Assembly: GCA_963798485.1 (NCBI GenBank)
Contig: CAWCTR010000004.1
Location: forward strand, 96,001-160,000
DNA: 64,000 bases
Reading direction: 5' to 3'
Source: an uncultured delta proteobacterium
Lineage (GTDB): Bacteria > Desulfobacterota > Desulfomonilia > UBA1062
Numbering within the stretch: position 1 is the first letter of the stretch; every line of letters begins with the position of its first letter. Of the stretch, positions 59,679 through 64,000 are shown in pieces. The translations under genes were made by a program, and so were the position numbers. Below the pieces are notes generated by a model. That model ran no database searches and was not told the origin of the DNA. It was given only the letters and a program-made list of their open reading frames with translations.

Positions 59679-59724
59679 TGGTAGTCCCAAGGGGAATTGA
59701 ACCCCTGTTTACGGCGTGAGAGGC
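59679..59724 (-). other. att site: displaced 3' half of tRNA-Glu(CTC)
   Basis: Minus strand GCCTCTCACGCCGTAAACAGGGGTTCAATTCCCCTTGGGACTACCA = anticodon loop CT-CTC-AC, T-arm, CCA; D-arm and 5' strand absent. Confidence 0.88.
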
Positions 59725-59879
59725 GAATGATAGAAAAAATGATCGGCCTGTAAATTGGCTCTCTGAGCAAATTCATGAAGTTGCATTTTTAGAGTGGTGT
59801 CCTTTTTGGTGTACCAAGCCGTTTTTGGAGTTAAATTTCATGCCTCGGTACACCACTTGGGACACCAGCAAAGAGCTCC

Positions 59880-60938
59880 TCATGATGCCTTGACCTCTTC
59901 TTTTTTTAGCTGTTCTTCGGGGGTTTCTGTGCTCAACAATTCCATATACTGTTTTTGGTCGGACACGATATTGTAGACATATCTCTCTGTCGTTGATACC
60001 GCTGCATGACCAAGTACATTCTGGATCACCTGCAGCGGAACATTTTGGACTGCCATATACGAAGCAACATGACGCCTCAAGGCATGAAATCCCATCTCTT
60101 TAATTCCCGCCCTCTTGCACAGTCCAGCTAGAAAGCGACGTCTCATGGTGAATGGCTTTCCATAATGCGGAGATCTATCATCTATCACCACGAACACATA
60201 GGGTGTGTCTTTGACAGGTCTTGCTTTCCACCACCATTCGAGGGATGTCTTCAACTCGCTTGTCATATCCAACCATCGGGCTTTCAATGACTGGTCTCGT
60301 GTCTTTCGTGTCCATAGCCGGAGCTTCCCATTAGGGAAATCGATGTCTTCCCATGTCAATCTGAACAGCTCACTTTTTCGTGCCCCTGTGTGAAGATATG
60401 TCAGGAGCATTGTCCATTCATCGGGCTTGCATACGGCCTTGAGTTTCAAGACATCACTTCTCACGGGTGTGAATTGAGGCTTTCGGTCATGTGCAAACTT
60501 GGGGACCTTTGCAGCAGGACAGTCTTGAACATCTAAATAAGATCTTGCATAGGCCCACATTGCAAGGATGTTTTTTCTGTCAACGTTGGCGGCATTTGCA
60601 CTGCGCGCTTGCTTCTGCTTTGTCAGGTAATCCAGGCACATTTTCGGAGTTATGTGATTGACAGGCTGGTCCTTTCCCCATTCTGCAAGAAGTCGGTTGC
60701 ATAGAGCTAATTTTTCACCAACAGTGCGTGAGGAAAACCGTGCAGAATACTCCATGTACTCAATCGTCAGAGAACCTAAGACCAAGCCGTTTTGCTCGCG
60801 CTGCTTGATCTGTTTCCGCTCTTCGAGCTCCCACTTGACGGCGGACCGGCTCGTGGCGAACCCTCTTTTGGTGGCAACCCTCTTGCCGAGGATCTTTACC
60901 ACAGCTCTCCATGTCCCATCTTTTTCCTGATAAGGCAT
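59880..60938 (-). CDS. int: tyrosine recombinase/integrase
   Basis: HTGARKSE, TRK, FHALRR, LGH, TTERY catalytic residues; adjacent to att. Confidence 0.95.
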   Translation of the reverse strand: MPYQEKDGTWRAVVKILGKRVATKRGFATSRSAVKWELEERKQIKQREQNGLVLGSLTIEYMEYSARFSSRTVGEKLALCNRLLAEWGKDQPVNHITPKMCLDYLTKQKQARSANAANVDRKNILAMWAYARSYLDVQDCPAAKVPKFAHDRKPQFTPVRSDVLKLKAVCKPDEWTMLLTYLHTGARKSELFRLTWEDIDFPNGKLRLWTRKTRDQSLKARWLDMTSELKTSLEWWWKARPVKDTPYVFVVIDDRSPHYGKPFTMRRRFLAGLCKRAGIKEMGFHALRRHVASYMAVQNVPLQVIQNVLGHAAVSTTERYVYNIVSDQKQYMELLSTETPEEQLKKEEVKAS

Positions 60939-61134
60939 CTTGCACTCCTTGACTTGTGAAGAAGTATGTTCTCCCTATCTTGGTGCCGTTAAGTTCATTG
61001 TAGTGATCTCTCACCCATCGATCACTCATTCCAATATAGTGAGCAACCTCTAGGGATGAGAGTACTTCTTTTGGGATAGGATTAATATTATGTTGCAACA
61101 TAGCCAGCTCGGTCAAGTTCATAGTAGAATCCAA
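60760..61134 (-). CDS. excisionase-like HTH protein overlapping the int 5' end
   Basis: EVLSSLEVAHYIGMSDRWVRDH...KIGRTYFF Xis/HTH_17-like pattern. Confidence 0.65.
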   Translation of the reverse strand: MDSTMNLTELAMLQHNINPIPKEVLSSLEVAHYIGMSDRWVRDHYNELNGTKIGRTYFFTSQGVQDALSGKRWDMESCGKDPRQEGCHQKRVRHEPVRRQVGARRAETDQAARAKRLGLRFSDD

Positions 61135-61749
61135 AAGCTTTTCCTCCCCTGCCCTTAAAAATAAAAAACCAATTTTCCTGCCTTCCCCCTTTCACAAACG
61201 ACTGAAGGGGAAGGGAGGAACGACCGGGAAAAGAACAGCCTGAAAGGCTAACCTTATGTAGTGGTCACAGTTAGTGACCACAGGGAACACCCGAAGCGCT
61301 GCAAGCAACATGACAACAAGTTTCTCTGTTGGCGTGCTGCTTTGTAAGCAAGTGCAGGGGGTCTGCCTTTAGTAGTTTGGCAGTTATAGGTTAATAGTGT
61401 TTCCAAGCGGCCGCGGCACTTGCGCCGCGTCCGCTTGGCCATGTGAATTTAATGCAAGGTATTTACTAAGGAGAGAAATTATTTCTGACCACAAGTGCTT
61501 TCAGCTTTAATGCTGGGAATTAGTAAAACAAATCTAAATTCCATCTTCCTCCTTCACTTGCTTTCGAAGCGTTCTGCCAACGGAGTTGTCATACCGCTTG
61601 CAGCGTTACAGAGGCATGAAAGATTCTCAATGCCCAACAAATGGTGGCTTCGCAGTCTTTTAGTCCATTTTTCTGAAACCCTCAGGGCTTTGTGAAGGGG
61701 TTCAGGAAAAATGTTTTTTGGAAAGATTCTGAAAATGCGGAGCTATCGT

Positions 61750-62193
61750 ATGAACGATTCAATCCTTCGATACAAAGAAAACAGTGAAGACAAACCCCTT
61801 GATCCTTTCGCGGAGTTCTACAGACAGATGGAAGAGAAATATGCGTATATTTTATCGGGCGATGACCCACATGAGTATGCTACGGATATCTCTGGAATAT
61901 ATGATAATATTTTATACTACAACCTTAGTCCTCAGGAGCTTGACGACTACTTGATCGAATTCAATGAGGATGCTGGCAAGACGCTGGTTATATCCGATGT
62001 CAAAGCCGTAATAGCTGATTGCATAGGCGATATGTTAGAAACATATCGTTATGAATCGACAGAAGAAGGCCAGGCTATCGAGGACTACATCGATCAGCTT
62101 CTCGCTATCGTTAAGAAACATGAAATAGAAACACAAAAAAGTGACTTCACAAAGACCTCTTTCTCCTTTCATCAGGCGTGCCTTCGCGTTTGA
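61750..62193 (+). CDS. acidic hypothetical protein (element cargo)
   Basis: GGAG RBS before ATG 61750; no family recognised. Confidence 0.5.
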   Translation: MNDSILRYKENSEDKPLDPFAEFYRQMEEKYAYILSGDDPHEYATDISGIYDNILYYNLSPQELDDYLIEFNEDAGKTLVISDVKAVIADCIGDMLETYRYESTEEGQAIEDYIDQLLAIVKKHEIETQKSDFTKTSFSFHQACLRV

Positions 62194-62439
62194 GATCTGT
62201 TCTTCGATCTTGATTTTCTGCAGAAGTTTATTAAACGAGACTTCTTTTTCGGTTGCATTCTACCCACTCAAAAGAATATAAGTACAAATATTGATATGTG
62301 TTAAAGCATGTGAGGTTAGATGTCAAACGAGAGCACCCCAAGGCTTCTTTTTATCTCGGTAGCATATTGGGACAGAACTTAACGGAAGAGGTAACCCCTA
62401 TGCGTGAAAAGACCGAAGGGCCAAAAACTTTACGAAGGA

Positions 62440-62468
62440 AAGGCGCACATACATGTCGCAGGCGACAT
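62440..62468 (-). other. predicted MOBQ oriT
   Basis: Minus strand hairpin ATGTCGC-CT-GCGACAT followed by GTATGTGCGCCTT, resembling the MOBQ nic consensus TAAGTGCGCCCT; 36 nt upstream of the relaxase. Confidence 0.7.
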
Positions 62469-62504
62469 ATGCGCTCAGTGCTTGAGCAAATAACGGGACT
62501 ATAA

Positions 62505-64000
62505 ATGGCGTGTTATCATATCCAGGTTAAAATAATCAGCAGGGGCGGAGGCAAATGCGCCGTTTCCGCCGCTGCATACCGCTCGCGGGATAAGCTCTAT
62601 GATGAACGCCTGGACATGACATTCGACTATACGAAGAAGAAGGACCTCGCCTATGAAGAGATCCTCCTTCCGGAAAATGCACCCGAAAGACTGAAAGACC
62701 GGCAGACTCTCTGGAATGAAGTCGAAAGAGTAGAGAAGCGAAAAGACGCACGCCTCTCCCGGGAAGTCGAGTTAGCTCTTCCCAAGGAACTGAACTTCGA
62801 ACAACAGGTAGCTCTTGTAAAAGAATATGCTCAGTCACAATTCGTGGATAAAGGAATGATAGCCGACATCTGCATCCACAAGAGCGATAAAAATCCTCAT
62901 GTTCATATCATGCTTACAACTAGAGAAGTTACCAGTGATGGCTTTGGTAAAAAAGTAACCGCATGGAATGATAAAGCAGAACTCCTGAAGTGGCGGGAAG
63001 AGTGGGCGAATATCCAGAACAGGAAATTGTTGGAAGCAGGTCACGATATCCAGGTTGACCATAGGAGCTTTGCAGATAGAGGCATTGACCTTGAGCCACA
63101 CATCGAAGATCGGGATAGCAGCAAAATACCTGCCCAAAGGCTACCTCCACTTGCAAGAAACCCGAGGACTTGATCGCCTCGAAGAGTACCAGAGAATATG
63201 CAGAGAGAATGGGGAACGGATTATCAATGATCCGGCAAAAGCCTTGAAGCTCGTTGGACATTACGATGCCGTGTTCAAGCGGGAAGACATCATGGATTTC
63301 GCCTTCCGACACAGCGCTGATGCAGATCAGTTCAACCGTGTTTTCTCTGCCCTTGAGAACTGCCAAGAGCTTGTCAGAGTCGGGAAAAATGAGAAGGGAG
63401 AAGACCTGTTACTCAACTCGTACCATGGTGCTGAGCGAGAGGACCATGCTCAATAATGCGCAGAAAATGAATTCTTCAAATGGCCACCTCTTGGAGCAAA
63501 ATATCATCAATCAGACTGCGAAGAATTACACAATGAGTAAGGAGCAGGAAACAGCATTCAGAAACATAGTGGAGAGTGGAGATATCTCCGTGATGATCGG
63601 TCGTGCTGGAACAGGGAAAAGCTATACGCTTGGTGCAGTAAAAGAAGCATATGAAGCAGGAGGATATCGGGTAAGAGGCTTGCACTTTCGGGTATTGCAG
63701 CAGAAGGCCTTCAGAATGAAAGCGGGATCGAAAGCACAACCATCTTCAGGCAGTTGGAGGACTGGGAAAATGAGAGAAATGTACTCAGCAAAGACCAGAT
63801 CCTGGTGATCGATGAAGCGGGTATGGTCGGTACCAGACAGATGCATAAGATCTTGGAACACGCTCATGAAGCAGGAGCAAAAGTGATCCTGGTGGGAGAC
63901 AACGAACAGCTCCAGTCAATCGAAGCAGGAGGATCATTCCGAGGCATCATCCAGAGGACCGGATACGTAGAACTGGCAGAAGTAAGAAGACAACATGTCG
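62505..64000 (+). pseudogene. traA: Ti-type TraA: MobA/MobL (MOBQ) relaxase fused to RecD-like helicase; three frameshifts; runs off the window
   Basis: MACYH, AAAYR, LWNEVE, LALPKEL, NPHVHIM, VDHRS; GRAGTGKS Walker A, VIDEAGM, LVGDNEQL. Frame changes at about 63098, 63408 and 63682. Confidence 0.85.

Larger units (their letters stand above)
59679..64000. mobile_element. integrative mobilisable element (IME/ICE-like) inserted in tRNA-Glu; runs off the window end
   Basis: att fragment + tyrosine integrase + Xis-like gene + oriT + MOBQ relaxase; visibly AT-richer than core genes. Confidence 0.88.

Noticed and set aside
59679-59760. Intact tRNA-Glu gene
   Set aside because: Only anticodon loop to CCA is present; the upstream sequence cannot form the D-arm or acceptor 5' strand, so it is treated as an att site.
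62040-62260. Divergent traD/mobC-like accessory gene next to oriT
   Set aside because: A minus-strand coiled-coil-like frame exists but has no usable start and overlaps the plus-strand ORF; unsupported.

Overview
Chromosomal window from an anaerobic Gram-negative bacterium. Gene content (AOR, ahbB-hemL, glycyl-radical enzymes, PAS hybrid kinases, sigma54 promoters) suggests Desulfobacterota/Deltaproteobacteria; this is an inference. 1-44 kb is mostly metabolic: M23 peptidase, aldolase+AOR, tatA, porin, ahbB-hemL, TetR-HMG-CoA reductase-acyl-CoA synthetase, a MarR-linked SDR/crotonase/patatin/abfD/thiolase run, nrpR-like, yggS, DUF62 and ldtD-mepK. It also holds a FadR-controlled operon with TWO different glycyl-radical enzymes sharing one activase plus a split-barrel protein, and a GlnRS carrying a Trbp111-like C-terminal domain. 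44-58 kb is an accessory/defence hotspot: radC, fused REase-MTase, HsdS and a DGQHR/ParB-TIR/NDT-like fusion in one operon, then an HD dNTPase + YwgA-like pair and a membrane-anchored Mrr. Its modules are bracketed by stacked short repeats of several families, including a 50-bp element found five times without gaps, and two junctions carry duplicated gene 3' ends. Next come two convergent sigma54-type mini-operons of orphan AtpZ/AtpI-like and tiny membrane proteins. From 59.68 kb is the left end of an integrative mobilisable element inserted in tRNA-Glu(CTC): att fragment, tyrosine integrase, Xis-like gene, oriT and a frameshifted MOBQ TraA. All family calls come from motif recognition by eye; no searches were run.
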